DNA of 64,000 nucleotides, taken from the NCBI RefSeq assembly GCF_009914755.1, contig NC_060936.1. The stretch is one strand, 5' to 3'. The first letter of the stretch is position 1; each line of letters begins with the position of its first letter. This DNA is from the human T2T-CHM13v2.0 reference genome, Homo sapiens. The position numbers and the translations under genes were made by a program. Under the pieces are notes generated by a model. It searched no databases. It was not told the DNA's origin and saw only the letters and a program-made list of their open reading frames with translations. This document shows positions 28,385 through 44,792 of the stretch, piece by piece.

Positions 28385-30124
28385 TTCAGACGAGATGAAG
28401 TAACAGGCACCAGATTTATTATTTTAATGGGAACAACTAAAAAACTATAAAAATGTATGAAATAAATGGTTTTAGTGATACTGAACCTCAGGCAACAAAA
28501 GAGAAAAACCAATAAGGTGAGCTGTACTATTGCCTTAGCTTACTGCTTGGAGGAGATGTTTAGGAAGCAACAAGCAAAGTGAGAGGAAACTCAAGCAGAG
28601 CCTGTCTCCTTGAGTTGATGAGATGGACGTGGGTTTTCTCAGAATTCAAGGCTGAGTAGAGTTCACAGGGCAAAATATCAGAGAAGAGAGATCTGCGCAG
28701 AGAAAGAACCCTGGAAATTTACAGAGGGTCTTTCTCAGAGTATTCTGTTGAGTATTTATCCATACTTATGTGTGAGAAAATTACCTAAGGCCAGAGAAAG
28801 AACCACTTGAAAGAATTAGAGGGAAACATGGTCAACACTCTCCTAGGAATAGTGCTGGCCTTTAACAGCTAGACTAGAAACACTATATCTGATAGGGAAT
28901 GGGTTAGAGTAGTAAGAAATGTACTGATTCAATATTGGGAAAAAATTGTCTGTACTTAAAAGAGAATGTCACCAAATGATAATGCAAGCAAAAATGTAAA
29001 AGCAGTCCTTCAAGCAGAAGAAAAATGATTTCAGATAGACACTCGAACCTCCACAGAGGAATAAAGAGTGTCATAAGTAATAACTACATAGGTTAATATA
29101 ATGTATTTTATTCTTATTATTTAAACCTATATAAAAGATAGTCAACTGTTTAAAAAAATAGTAACAGTGTAATGTGGGGTTATACCATATGTAGCAGCAA
29201 AATGAATGAATAACACAAGGTTAGGAAGCAGAGAAATGGAAGTTTCTATTGTATGCTACACATGAAGTAAAGACTTACTTGAAGGGAGACTGGTAAGTCA
29301 AAAATACATATTATAAACTCCAAAGCAACCACTGAAGTAACATAACAAAGTGTTATAACTAATAATCCAACAATAAAGATAAAATGGGATCATAAAAAAG
29401 AAAAAGAAGAAAAATAACATAAACAAATGTGACAACGAGAAAATAAAGAAAAAGATGGCAGGTTTAAACACAACCATATACATATTCACCTTAAATGATA
29501 ATGGTCTAAATACCTAAAAAGTAGAATTTTTAACATTGAATAAGAAAGGAAGGCCCTACAACATGCCACTTACAAGGAACTCACCTTAAGTATAAAGATA
29601 TATATAGGTTAAAATAAAATGATGTTTAAAATGAAACTCACCTTAAGTATAAAGATACAAATAGGTTAAAAGTAAAATGATGTTAAAATATACTATTGAC
29701 AGTAAACAGAAGATAGCTAGAATGGGTTTATTAATATCAAAAAAAGTAAATTTCAGACAAGTAAATTACCGGGGGAAGAAAGGTAATTTCCTAATAATAA
29801 ACTGGTTCATTCATCAAGAGAGCATAACAGTTCTCAATGTTTTGCACCATATAAATGAGTTCAAAAATATATGAAGCAAAACCAACAGAAATGAAAAGAG
29901 ATATAAACAAACACAAAAGTATATTTGGAGATTTCAACACTCTTTCCCAGTTATTGGTAGAACAAGTAACAAAATATAGAAGACCTGAACAATACAAATT
30001 ATCACCTTGATCTAATAGACAAGTATAAAACATTCCACCCCAAAACATGAGAACATACATCTTTTTAAGTGCCCACACTGCATTTTCAAGTGAGACCATA
30101 TTCTGACCCAGAAAACTAGTCTCA
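28385..30124 (+). mobile_element. Old L1M (L1MC/L1MD-type) 5'/ORF1 remnant and ORF2 endonuclease region; host of nested insertions, resumes 33490-36675
   Basis: ORF2 N-terminal remnant near 29470 (accatatacatattcaccttaaatgataatggtctaaatacc, cf. TILTLNVNGLN). ggagatttcaacact (GDFNT). gaccatattctg (DHIL). Confidence 0.75.
29578..29689 (+). repeat. Tandem duplication, ~57-bp unit x2
   Basis: aactcaccttaagtataaagata...aaaatgatgtt(t)aaaat starts at both 29578 and 29635. Confidence 0.9.
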
Positions 30125-33100
30125 AATAGAAAACCTGAACAGACCAATATCAAGTAATGAGGTTAAATCAATAATAAAAAGTCTCCCAAAAAAGAAAAGC
30201 CCAGAATTAGATGGCTTTACTGACAAATTCCACCAGATTTACAAAGAAGATCTCACATCAATTCTCCTCAACCTATTCCAAAAAATTGAAGAGGATGGAA
30301 TTTTCCCTAACTCATCCTATGAGGCAAGCATTACCATGATACCAAAACCAGGCAAGATGAAACAAATAAACAAGCAAAAACTGCAGAACAATATCCCTGC
30401 TAAACATAGATGCAAACATCCTCAACAAAATAGTAGAAAACTGGGTCCAACAACACATCCAAAGGATAACACACCATAATCAAGGGAGATATATCCAAAG
30501 CAGCAAGGATGTTCAACATATGCAAATCAATAAACGTGATATCTTACATTAACCCAATGCAGGAAAAACTACAATTATCTCAATAGATGCAGAAAAAACA
30601 TTTGATAAAATTCAGCACCCCTTCATAATAAAAACTCTCAACATAGTGGGCATAGAGGGAACATACCTCAACATTATAATGGCTATATATGACAAACCCA
30701 CAGCTAACACCATACTAAATGAGAAAAACCTGAAAGCCTTTGCTCTGAAAACTAAAACAAGACACGAGGAACTCCACTTTTACCACTCCTATTCATCATA
30801 GTACTTGAAGTGCTAGCCAGAGCAATCAGGAAAGAGAAAGAAATAAAAGGCATTGAAATTGGAAAAGAGGAAGTCAAAATGGCCCTTTTTGAATATAATC
30901 TTATATCTAGAAAAATGTAAACACTTTACCAAAAACTCTTAGATCTAATAAATAAATTTAGTAAAGTTTCAGAATACAAAATCCCATTTGTAATAGCCAC
31001 AAAAAGTACCTAGTAATAAATGTAACCAAGGAGGTGAAAGACCTCTGCAAGGAAAACTACAAGGCACTGATGAAAGAAATTGAAGACAACACAAAAAAAT
31101 GGAAGGACATTCCATGCTCATGAACCAAAATAATTAATATTGTTAAAATGACCATACTCCCCAAGGCAATTTACAGATTCAATGCAATCCCTGTCAAAAT
31201 ACCAATGTCATTTTTTTACAGAAATGGAAAAACAATCCTAAAACTTACATGAAACCAAAAAAGAGCCTGACTAACCAAAGCAATCCTAGCCAAAACGAGA
31301 AAGCTGGAGGCATCACACTACCTGACTTCAAAATATATTGCAAGTCTAGAGCAACCAAACAGCAAGGTATTGGTATAATAACAGAAATATAGACCAAAGG
31401 GACAGGATAGAAACGCAGAAATAAATCCAACTGTTTACAGCCAATTGATTTTCAACAAAGTTGACAGGAACATACATTGGGGAAAGGACACCTTCTTCGA
31501 TAAATGGTGCTGGGAAAACTGGATGTCAATATGCAGAAGACTGAAACTGGATCCCTATCTCAGCAAATACAAAAAATCAACTCAAGATGGATTAAAGACT
31601 TAACAGTAAGAGCAAAAACTATAAAACTACTAGAATAAAACATAAACACTTCAGAACATTGGTCTAGGCAAAGATTTTATGGCCGAGACTTCAAATGCAC
31701 AGGCAAAGTCAAACAATGATAAATAAATGGGACTGTAGCAAACTATAAACCTTCTGCATAGTGGAGAAGACAATCAACAGAGTGAAGAGACAACCTGTTA
31801 AATGGGATAAAATATTTGTAAACTAATTATCTGGCATTGGACTGATCTCAAATATTTAAGGGAGTCAATTCAATAGTAATAATAATAATTAATAATAACA
31901 ATAATAATAATAATAATCTGATTTAAAACTGGGCAAAGGACATGAATAGACATTCCCCAAAAGAAGACATACAAATGGCCAATGGGTATATGAAAAATGC
32001 TCAATATCACCAGTCATCAGGGGAATGCAAATAAAAACCACAATAAGATGTCATTTTACCAATGTTAAAATGATTACTATTAAAAGGACAAAAAATGAGA
32101 TTCTGATGAAGATATGGAGAAAAGGGAACTCTCATACACTTATGGTGAGAATGGTAACCAGTACAGCCAGTATGGAAAACAGTATGGGGATTTGTCAAAA
32201 AACTAAGAACAGAAATACCACATGATTCTGCAATCCCATTACTGGATATTTATCCAAAGGAAATGAATCATTATATTGAGAGACATCTGTACCCCCATAT
32301 TTATTACAGCAGTATTCACAATAGCAATGATATGGAATCAACCTAAATATCCATCAACATATGAATAGATTTTTTTAATGTGGTATAATTTGACCCAGCA
32401 ATCCCACTACTAGATATATACCCAAAGGAATATAAATAGCTCTATTATAAAGACACATGCAACTGTATGTGCATTGCAGCACTATTCACAATAGCATAGA
32501 CATGGAATCAACCTAAATGCCCATCAATGATAGATTGGTTAAATAAAGTGTGGTACATATATCCCATGGAATACTATGTAGCCATTCAAAAGAATAAGAT
32601 TATGTCCTTTGCAGGAACATGGATGGAGCTGGAGGTCATTATCCTTAGCAAACTATTGCAGGAACAGAAAACCAAATACTGCATGTTCTCACTTATAAGA
32701 AGGAGCTAAATCATGAGAATACATGGACACATAGAGGAGAACAACACACACTGGGGTCTATTGGAGGGTGGAAGGCAGAAAGAGGAAGAGGATCAGGTAA
32801 AATAACTAATGGATAGTAGGCTTAATACCTGGGTGATGAAATAATTGGTACAACAAACCCCCATGATACATATTTACCTATGTAACAAACCTGCACAATA
32901 CTGCACATGTATTCCTGAACTCAAAATAAAAGTTAAAAAATAAAAAATTAAAAAATTATAATGTGCTACATATACACAATGGAATACAATTCAGCCACAA
33001 TAAAGAATGAAATCCTGTCACTTTGCTGCAACATAGATGGAAGAGGAGGTCATTATGTTAAGTGAAATAAACCAGGTACAGAAAGACAAATATCACATGT

Positions 33101-33489
33101 TTTCACTTCCATGTGGGAGCTTAAAAAGTTAATCTCATGGAGGTAGAGAGTAAAATGATAGATACCAGAGACTGGCAAGGATGTGGGCAACGAGGCAGGG
33201 GGTGGTTGGTTAGTAGGTACAGATATACAGTTAGATAGAAGGAAAAAGTTCTAATCTTCGAATAAGGTGACTATAGTTAACAACAATGTACTATTTATTT
33301 CAAAATGGCAAGAAGAGAGGATTTGAAATGTTTCCAATACATAGAAATGACAAATACTTGAGGTAATGAATTAATGAATATCCTAAATACCCTGATTTGA
33401 TTATTACACATTCCATGCATGTAACAAAATATAACATGTACCCCATAAATATGTACAAGTATTATGTATCAATAAAAATTTTTTAAATA
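30125..33489 (+). mobile_element. 5'-truncated L1MA-type element (ORF2 RT region to 3'UTR)
   Basis: atagaaaacctgaacagacc...gatgcagaaaaaacatttgataaaattc...MQIKTT fragment. L1MA-like 3'UTR (cagttagatagaagg...tattatgtatcaataaaaa). (AAT)n at 31876-31917. Confidence 0.85.
32388..32958 (+). mobile_element. L1PA13-16-like 3' fragment nested in the L1MA
   Basis: ORF MIDWLNKVWYIYPMEYY...KTKYCMFSL. 3'UTR gaggatcagg...aataactaatgg...tacctatgtaacaaacctgcac. Degenerate TSD taatgtggtata (32376-32387) / taatgtgctaca (32959-32970). Confidence 0.85.
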
Positions 33490-36400
33490 ATAAAATGGAT
33501 AATTTAATACCCCTATAGTTATTCAAATAATTAAATTTGTACTTTAAAAACTTCTCACAAAACAAACAAATAAACCAAAACTCCAGGCCTGTATGACTTC
33601 AGTGGTGAATTCTACCAAACATTTAAGTGAGAAATAGTGCTGATTCTACACAAACACTTCCAGAAATTTGAAGACAGACTTCCTAACTCATTCTATCAGG
33701 TCAGCATCACTCCCATATCAAAATCAGAGAAGGTCACTGCAAGAATAAGACTATGAACTTATATCCCTTATGTTCATATATGCAAAAATTCTAAAATAAA
33801 TTTTTAGCAAGGTGAATCCAACAATATATTAAAGTGATTATACATAATGACCAAATGAGGTTTATTTTAGGAATGCAACTTTGATTCAACATTTGAAAAT
33901 AAAACAATACAATTTATTGTATTAACAGACCAGAAACATCAGAAATACTAGAAAAAAAGCAACACAAAAACAACAACAACATGATCATCTCAATAGATAA
34001 AAAAAATCATTTGGCAAATGCAAACTCTATTCCTGATTTAAGAAAAAAAACTGAAAATAAGGACTAGAAAGGAGCTTATTCAATCTGATAAAGGGCACCT
34101 ATAAAAAATCTACAACTAATATCATTATTAGTAAAAGACTGAGTTACTGTATTTTCCTCTAAGATCAGAACATGCAAGGATGCTTGCTCTCAACACTTCT
34201 ATTCAACATGCACTGGAGGTTCTAATCAGTGTAATAAGGCAATAAAAAGAAATCAAAACATCATTCCCATCTTGGAAAGGAAGAAGTAAAACTGTTTTAT
34301 TTGCAGATGATATCATTGGCTGCATAGGAAATTTTTTGTAATCTAAAAAAGAATGCTCCTACAACTAATAAGTTAGTTTATCAAGGTTGCAGGATTAAAG
34401 ATCAATATTTTAAAAACCCACTGTATTTCTGTATACTAGCAATGAATAATCAAAAATTGAATATCTAAAACACAAAACCATTTTAATATTATCAAAACAT
34501 AAAATACTTATGAATACATCTGATAAAGATGTACAAGAACTATATGCTGAAAACCGCAAAAACATTGCTAACTTAAGTTCTGAAAAACCTTAAAAAATGG
34601 ACAGAGATACCATACAGGTGGACTGAAGGACTCACTATTGTTAAGGTGCTAACTATTCTAAAATTGATCTGTACATTCAAAGCAATCTCAATCAAAGTTC
34701 CTGCCATTTTTGTAGATATTGGCATGGTATTTCCAAAATTCATAAGGAAATATAAAGTAGCATACATACAATGGTGAGAGAAAAACATAGTTGGAGGATG
34801 TCTTAGTTTTGGGTGGCTGTCATGATGTTACAACAAACTGAGTGGCTTAAAACAACAGAAATTTATTCTCTCACAGTTCTGGAGACCAGAATTCTGAAAT
34901 CATGTGTCAATAGGGTCATGCTCTTTTGTAGGCTATAAAAGAAAATCCATTTCTTGCCTATTTTATCTTCTGGAAGTTGTCAGTATCCCTTGACCTGTGG
35001 CCACAACATTCCAGTCTCTGCCTCTGTGGTTACATCACCACCTCCTCTGTGTCTGTGTTTTTTTGTGTGTCTCTTTTATGGACACTTAAAAGAATTTAGG
35101 GTCCATTCAGATAATCTCATTCTCTGAAACTCTTACATTTAATTACATCTACAAAGACCCCTATACCCAAATAAGGTAATATTCACAGGTTCCAGGGATT
35201 AGGACATAGACATTTGTGGAGGACCACTATTCAGCCCACTACAGAGGATTTATGCTATCTGGTTTCAAGGTTTATTATACAACTACTACTGTCAAGACTA
35301 TGTGGTATTGGAGAGTAACAGAGAGATCAGTGGAACCTAAATAGAGTCCAGAAATAGGCCCACACATATAGGATCAATTGATTTTCAATTGCAAAAGCAT
35401 TCAGTGGAGAAAGGATAATCCCTTTAACAAATGGTGCTGAACTTTTGGACAGCCATATTTGAAAAAAATAAGAAAATTCGTATACCATGTCTATTTGTAT
35501 TTTTATATCATATATAAAAATTAACTAAAACTGGATCATAGAGCTAAATGTAAAATTTAAACTTTAAAATTTAGAGAAAAAAATATAGGAGAATATCTTT
35601 GCAACTCTGGGTGAAGCAAATGTTTCTTAGGTACAACACCAAAAGCATGATTATGCAAGAAAAATTCTGATATTAGACTTCATCAAAATTTTAAAACATT
35701 GGCTTTTTCATGAACACACCACTAAAAGATTAAAAAGTTAAGCCACAGACTCCAAAAAATTATTTGCAAATCACTGATAAAGAACTTATATTCAGAATAT
35801 ATATAGAATTTTGAAAGTCTATAATATAAAAGCAAATATTCCAATATAAAGTAGTCAAGAGATGAACAGACATTTCATCGAAGAAAATATATGGATGGTA
35901 AACACTCACGTGGAAAAATTTCTCAACATCATTCATCATTAGAGAAATGCAAATTAAAACTTCAGTGAGATACTACTACACACCTATTAGAATTCTAAAA
36001 TTATAATGACTGATAATATCAAGTATGATGAAGAAGTAGAGCAATGGAAACTTTCAACTACTACTATTGGGAATGTAAAATGGTACACTCACTTTGGAAA
36101 TAGTTTAAAAGTTTTTTTAAAAATGTTAGACATAACACCTACCAGCCATTCCACTTCATGATATTTACAAAAGAAACATAAAAATCTATGTTAACAAAAA
36201 TACTTGTATTTGATTGTTTACTGAAATCTTATTTATAAGAGCCAAAATCTTGGAAGAATCTAATCCATCAACTGGTCAATTGATAAACGGTGTTTTATTC
36301 ATATAAGGAATACCACTTAGCAATAAAAATGAATGAACTATCAAAACATGCAAGCAACACAGCTGAATCTCAAGTGAAAGAAGCTAGATACAAAAGACAG

Positions 36401-36675
36401 TATACTGTATTAATTTCATCGGTAAGAAATTTTAGAAACAAAACAAAATTATAGCAACAGAAAGAAGATCAATGGTTTTGGGGGGCTAGGAGGTATAGGA
36501 AAGAAAATGGTTACAAAAGCACATGTTAGAACTTTTTGGGGTGATAAAAATGTATGTCATGATTATGGTGATGATTACATTACTGTATACATTTGTAAAA
36601 CATCAAATTATACACATAGAGTTGATGAATTTTATCATATGTAAATGATGCATATAACAAAGCTGACCAAAAGGA
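33490..36675 (+). mobile_element. Old L1M (L1MC/L1MD-type) ORF2 remainder and 3'UTR
   Basis: actccaggcc...ggtgaattctaccaaacatttaa, ttatttgcagatgatatc (LFADD), gaaatgcaaattaaaac, L1M-type 3' end. Confidence 0.8.
34799..35243 (-). mobile_element. MLT1C-like solo LTR nested in L1M
   Basis: tgtcttag...ggcttaaaacaacagaaatttattctctcacagttctggag...ttcagcccactaca. 5-bp TSD gagga at 34794-34798 and 35244-35248. Confidence 0.88.
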
Positions 36676-39279
36676 AACAAAATTGGCAAATATCTTGAGT
36701 TGACCAGATACGTGCTTCCTTGAATTTTTCCTCACAAATTTACCATCATTAGTTTTCCTTTTTCCCTACTTTTCTCAGGCTCAGAGGATAAGATGTCCTT
36801 CTCATTTTAAAGACCCAACTATCGTTACTAGATTCTATTTTTTCCACTATAAAGTCTCTCTTCATCTCCCTCTAGTATACTGTTTCTCTTCATTTACTAC
36901 ACTCTTGGATCTTTACTGGCTCCTCCTTTTCAGTTTTTAAACATCCTTGAGAGAAAAGGAAACATCCATTGACCATAGTTTCAGCTCTTTCTCTCCTTCC
37001 CTTCTCAGCCAATCCTTATATAGTAGATTATTCTCTGTGCCTGGGCTCATGCTATTCTCTTGCCTAGAATTACTTTTCTTGTCCCTTCACTTTGCCCCCT
37101 CCTCTATTTTCATCTGATTAACACATAAACATTCTATGTTATCAGTTCCTCTGGCAATTATTCCACTATATCTTTTATAACTTTGGGCCTAAATCCTCCT
37201 TTTTATGTTCTCCAGTTTTCTCATCCCACATTGTTTTGAAATCAACTCATTTTGAGACTGTCTTGAGGGTATGGACTTTATGCCACAACATATAGTGCAT
37301 CTAGGACATAGTAAGTATTTTGTGTTGTGTGACTAATATAACTTTATAATTTATAAAACATATAAATTAGAGTATTTTAAATGCTGATGTGAGCACTTTA
37401 TGGAAATTTAAACTATCTTTGGACAAACTTTTTAAAAAACTCCAAAGATGGTTATATTCTTTAGAAATACCAATCTCTAACACAGTTTCCAATATAGACT
37501 GTGTAGTATTTAAAGGGATAATCAGCTTGTAAAAGTTATGTCATACAGATGAACTGCTTCCTCTAGAATTCCGAATAGACATGGCTTTCACTGTATTCAT
37601 CACATCTTGTAGTAGTACTCAACACATTTCAAAATGCTTTCATGCACATGTTACCAATGGATCTGTTCAACAACACTATAACAAAGCTAAGACAGGTTGT
37701 ACCATGTTATGTTGTAGCTGCCTCAAAAAAGAGTGAAATTTCTGTCATTGGAGGTATTGAAGTTGAGGCTGGATGACAGATTATCCCCACTGGGCCATTC
37801 TCCATCTTCAAGAAAATATTAATACAAATTGACTACATACAAGTCAGTGTCAGCATGGCTGTTGACAATGACCTTTTAGGAGAAGTTATTTTTACATAGG
37901 TCACATGTAACATAAAACTTAAAGCTTTCTTTTTCTTCTTTAAAATTAGATAACTATAATTTTATACAAAGAAGTCAAATTTCACCAGGCATGCTTAAAG
38001 GAATTATTTCTTCAGAAGTCATGGTTTTCTTCAGGAATTTAAAAAGTTGTGGCTTAGTTGTGTTTTCACATAGCCCTTCTCCAATCTTCAGTGACTTGCT
38101 GTTTAAACAGGCATGGATTAAAATACAGCTACTGCTGAATGTGTGAACTGCCAATAAGCTTTACAACCAAACAGGGCTGAAATTAGATATCCAATGCGAC
38201 AAAGGGCCGACAAGTACCACTTTGTGTTAGACATGCTATTATTTATAGCTTATATTGTTGACACAGGCATGAATCGATGCAGAAATTAAAAACAGAAAAC
38301 ACCAACAAGTATCTTCTGAACAATAGATGTCACTCTTCCTCCTGAAAATGGACCATATTTGCTTTGGAAGAACTAAGGAGTTTAGTTTTACCATTCACTG
38401 TTTGTAGATATTGTCTTCATAAGTCAAGTCTTTTATTAGCATAAATAGAAAATAGTGTCTCCCTTGTCACTTATAGATAATAATCACCCACTTTACAAAT
38501 TGCTGATTGAAAAGATCATGGCCATTAACATTTGTTGAACAGCCCCTGAATACAATGGGCTACAAGAAGAAGAGAATGGAGAAATAAATGATAAAGTGAA
38601 GGGCAGATTCCAGAGAGTTTTTAAGCTGCCTATCGAGACAAGCAAATATATTAGACATACTATGTGTGCTAGGAAGGCAATTTAACTTAGCAACTATTTA
38701 TTTAGCATTAACCGAGGCACTGACATAGTTTCAAAGATGGTTTAAAAAGGCACAGACTTGTAACCCCATCAAAGAATTAATGCTCTGAGCTATACAAGTG
38801 GAATATAAATATGTAAAAAGTAACCAACAATATCATTCAATAAATTAAGTTCAAATGGGTAATGAAAACTGTAACAGCTATGAATATGGACAGCTATATA
38901 AGGAAGTATGTGTGACTTCTCAGAAGAAATATATTTTTAAATGGTTCTTTAAAAATGGGAGGTATTTGAAGCATAGAGAGAGAGAGAGGCTGTACAGAGT
39001 CTGTGAGACTAGAACTTCCATTCATGAGGTCTGTGCCAAAGAGAATGTAGAAGCTGTTGCAGAATAATGAGAGGCAACCACTAGAAGATAGTTTGGGGTA
39101 TGAATGTAGAAACCCTTAAAAATAATAAGTACATTTCTCTAATAGTTTAAGACAAAATTGTCATGGTTGACAAAATGTTTTTTAATTTTCCTTTCTGTGA
39201 TTGCAGAATTTGTTTTCTTATGGTTTTTAATAACTTCCCCCAGTCACTGGCTTATTTCAAGAAACCAACATATATTGGG

Positions 39280-39700
39280 TGCATCAGTCCTTTCTCACCC
39301 TGCTATAAAGAAAAACACGAGATTGGGTAATTTTTAAAGAAAAGAGGCTTAACTGGCTCATTGTTCTGCAGGCTGTACAGGAGTCATAGCAGCTTCTGCT
39401 TCTGGGGAGCCCTCAGGGAGCTTTCAATCATGGCAGAAGACAAAGGAGGAGCCAGCCCTTTACATGGCCAGAGCAGGAGGAAGAGAGAATGGAGGGAGAT
39501 GCCACACACTTTTAACCAACCAGATCTGCTAAGAACTCCATCATGAGAACAACTCCAAAGGGATGGTGCTAAACCATTTATGCAGGATCCACCCCCATAA
39601 TCCAATCACCTTCCACTAGGCCCCACCTCCAACATTGGGAATTACAACTGAACACAAGATTTGGGTGGGGACACAAATCAAAACAGATCAAATCACATCA
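39280..39700 (-). mobile_element. MSTA-like MaLR solo LTR
   Basis: tgcatcagtcc...gctataaag...ttctgcaggctgtacagg...ccacctccaacattggg...ttgggtggggacaca...catca. TSD ttggg at 39275-39279 and 39701-39705. Confidence 0.9.
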
Positions 39701-40559
39701 TTGGGTTACTACTCTATAAAAGGCATTGGGCTACAACTTTATCCAAGAGTTCACTCTAAGTAAATAGACACCTAGAGAACAAATAACTCTAATCTAGGGC
39801 TGTATATACTTATCTGTGTAACACAGGTTTCAGGTAAGATGGAGTTCAGTAAAGGAACAATTTGCAGCTGAGTGAAGACATCAGCACACATATACCCTAA
39901 GATTTTTGTCATAGTGCCTGAAATGCACCATAGTGGTGCTACCACTTGGATTTGAGGCCCCTTTGCACAATCAGAGAAAGCTGTTGAAACCCAAGAGGTT
40001 GTGCAATTTCAGGATCTATGACCAAACTTTAGGAAATGTTTCAGGTGAAGACCATCTCCAGGACATCTCAACTTTTTCTCTTCATGTGATTGCCATTCTG
40101 CCTGCCTAGACTGATTGTATTATAGCACTAGAAACCCTTAAGTCTACTCAATATAAACAGAAGGTTGCAGCTGTTTGAGAAAACCCATGGGGCCTTGCCC
40201 TGATGTGTCAAAAAGGGTCTGCCTTCTCTTAAAAAATACTAATCTGGTTTAAAACTATCAGAATTGGCAAAATAATTTCTCTTTTATTTTAGTTAATTTG
40301 CATAAGCAACTTGTTTTCTACCATTAGTTTTTTTTTTATATTATAATTTAAGTTCTGGGGTACACGTGCAGAATGTGCAGGTTTGATACACAGATATACA
40401 CATGCCATGGTGGTTTGTTGCACCCATCAACCTGTCATCTACATTAGGTATTTCTCCTAATGCTATCCCTCCCCTAGCCCCCCACCCCCGACAGGTCCCA
40501 GTGTGTGATGTTCCCATCCCTGTGTCCATGTGTTCTCATTGTTCAACTCCCACTTATGA

Positions 40560-43702
<3,143 letters not shown>

Positions 43703-43765
43703 TATGACGCTAGCTGGTTATTTTGCCAGTTAGTTTATGTAGTTTCTTCATAGCGTGAATGGTCT

Positions 43766-44792
43766 TTACAATTTGGTATGTTTTTGCAGTGCCTGGTACC
43801 GGGTATTCCTTTCCATGTTTAGTGCTTCCTTCAGGAGCTCTTGTAGGGCAGGCCTGGTGGTGACAAAATCTCTCAGCATTTCCTTGTCTGTAAAGGATTT
43901 TATTTCTCCTTTGCTTATGAAGCTTAGTTTGGCTGGATATAAAATTCTGAGTTGAAAATTCTTTTCTCTAAGAATGTTGAATATTGGCCCCCAGTCTCTT
44001 CTGGCTTGTAGGGTTTCTGCTGAGAGATCCACTGTTAGTCTGATGGGCTTCCATTTGTTGGTAACCCAACCTTTCTCTCTGGCTGCCCCTAACATTTTTT
44101 CCTTCATTTCAACCTTGGTGAATCTGAAGATTATGTGTCTTGGAGTTGCTCTTCTTGAGGAGTATCTTTGTGGTGATCTCTGTATTTCCTGAATTTGAAT
44201 GTTGGCCTGCCTTGCTAGGTTAGGGAAGTTTTCCTGGATAATATCCTGAAGAGTGTTTTCCAACTTGGTTCCATTCTCTTCATCACCTTCAGGTACACCA
44301 ATCAAATGTAGATTTGGTCTTTTCACATAGTCCCATACTTCTTGGAGGCTTTGTTCATTTCTTTTCACTCTTTTTTCTCTGATCTTGTTTTCTCACTTTA
44401 TTTCATTGAGTTGATCTTCAATCTCTGATATCCTTTTTTCTGCTTGATCAATTTGGCTATTGATACTTGTGTATGCTTCACAAAGTTCTCGTGCTGTGTT
44501 TTTCAGCTGCATCAGGTCATTTATGTTCTTCTCTAAATTGGTTATTCTAGTTAGCAATTCGTCTACCTGTTTTCAAGGTAGCTTCCTTGCATTGGATTAG
44601 GACATGCTCCTTTAGTTCAGAGGAGTTTGTTATAACCCACCTTCTGAAGCCTACTTCTGTCAAGTCATCAAACTCATTCTCTGTCCAGTTTTGTTCCCTT
44701 GCTGGGGAGGAGTTGTGATCCTTTGGAGGAGAAGAAGGGTTCTGGTTTTTGGGATTTTCAGACTTTTTGCACTGGTTTCTCCCCATTTTCAT
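43766..44792 (-). pseudogene. L1 ORF1p remnant (frameshifted)
   Basis: MGRNQCKKSENPKNQ... and MKRNEQSLQEVWDYVKRPNL...YPAKLSF...RPALQELLKEAL. Confidence 0.9.
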
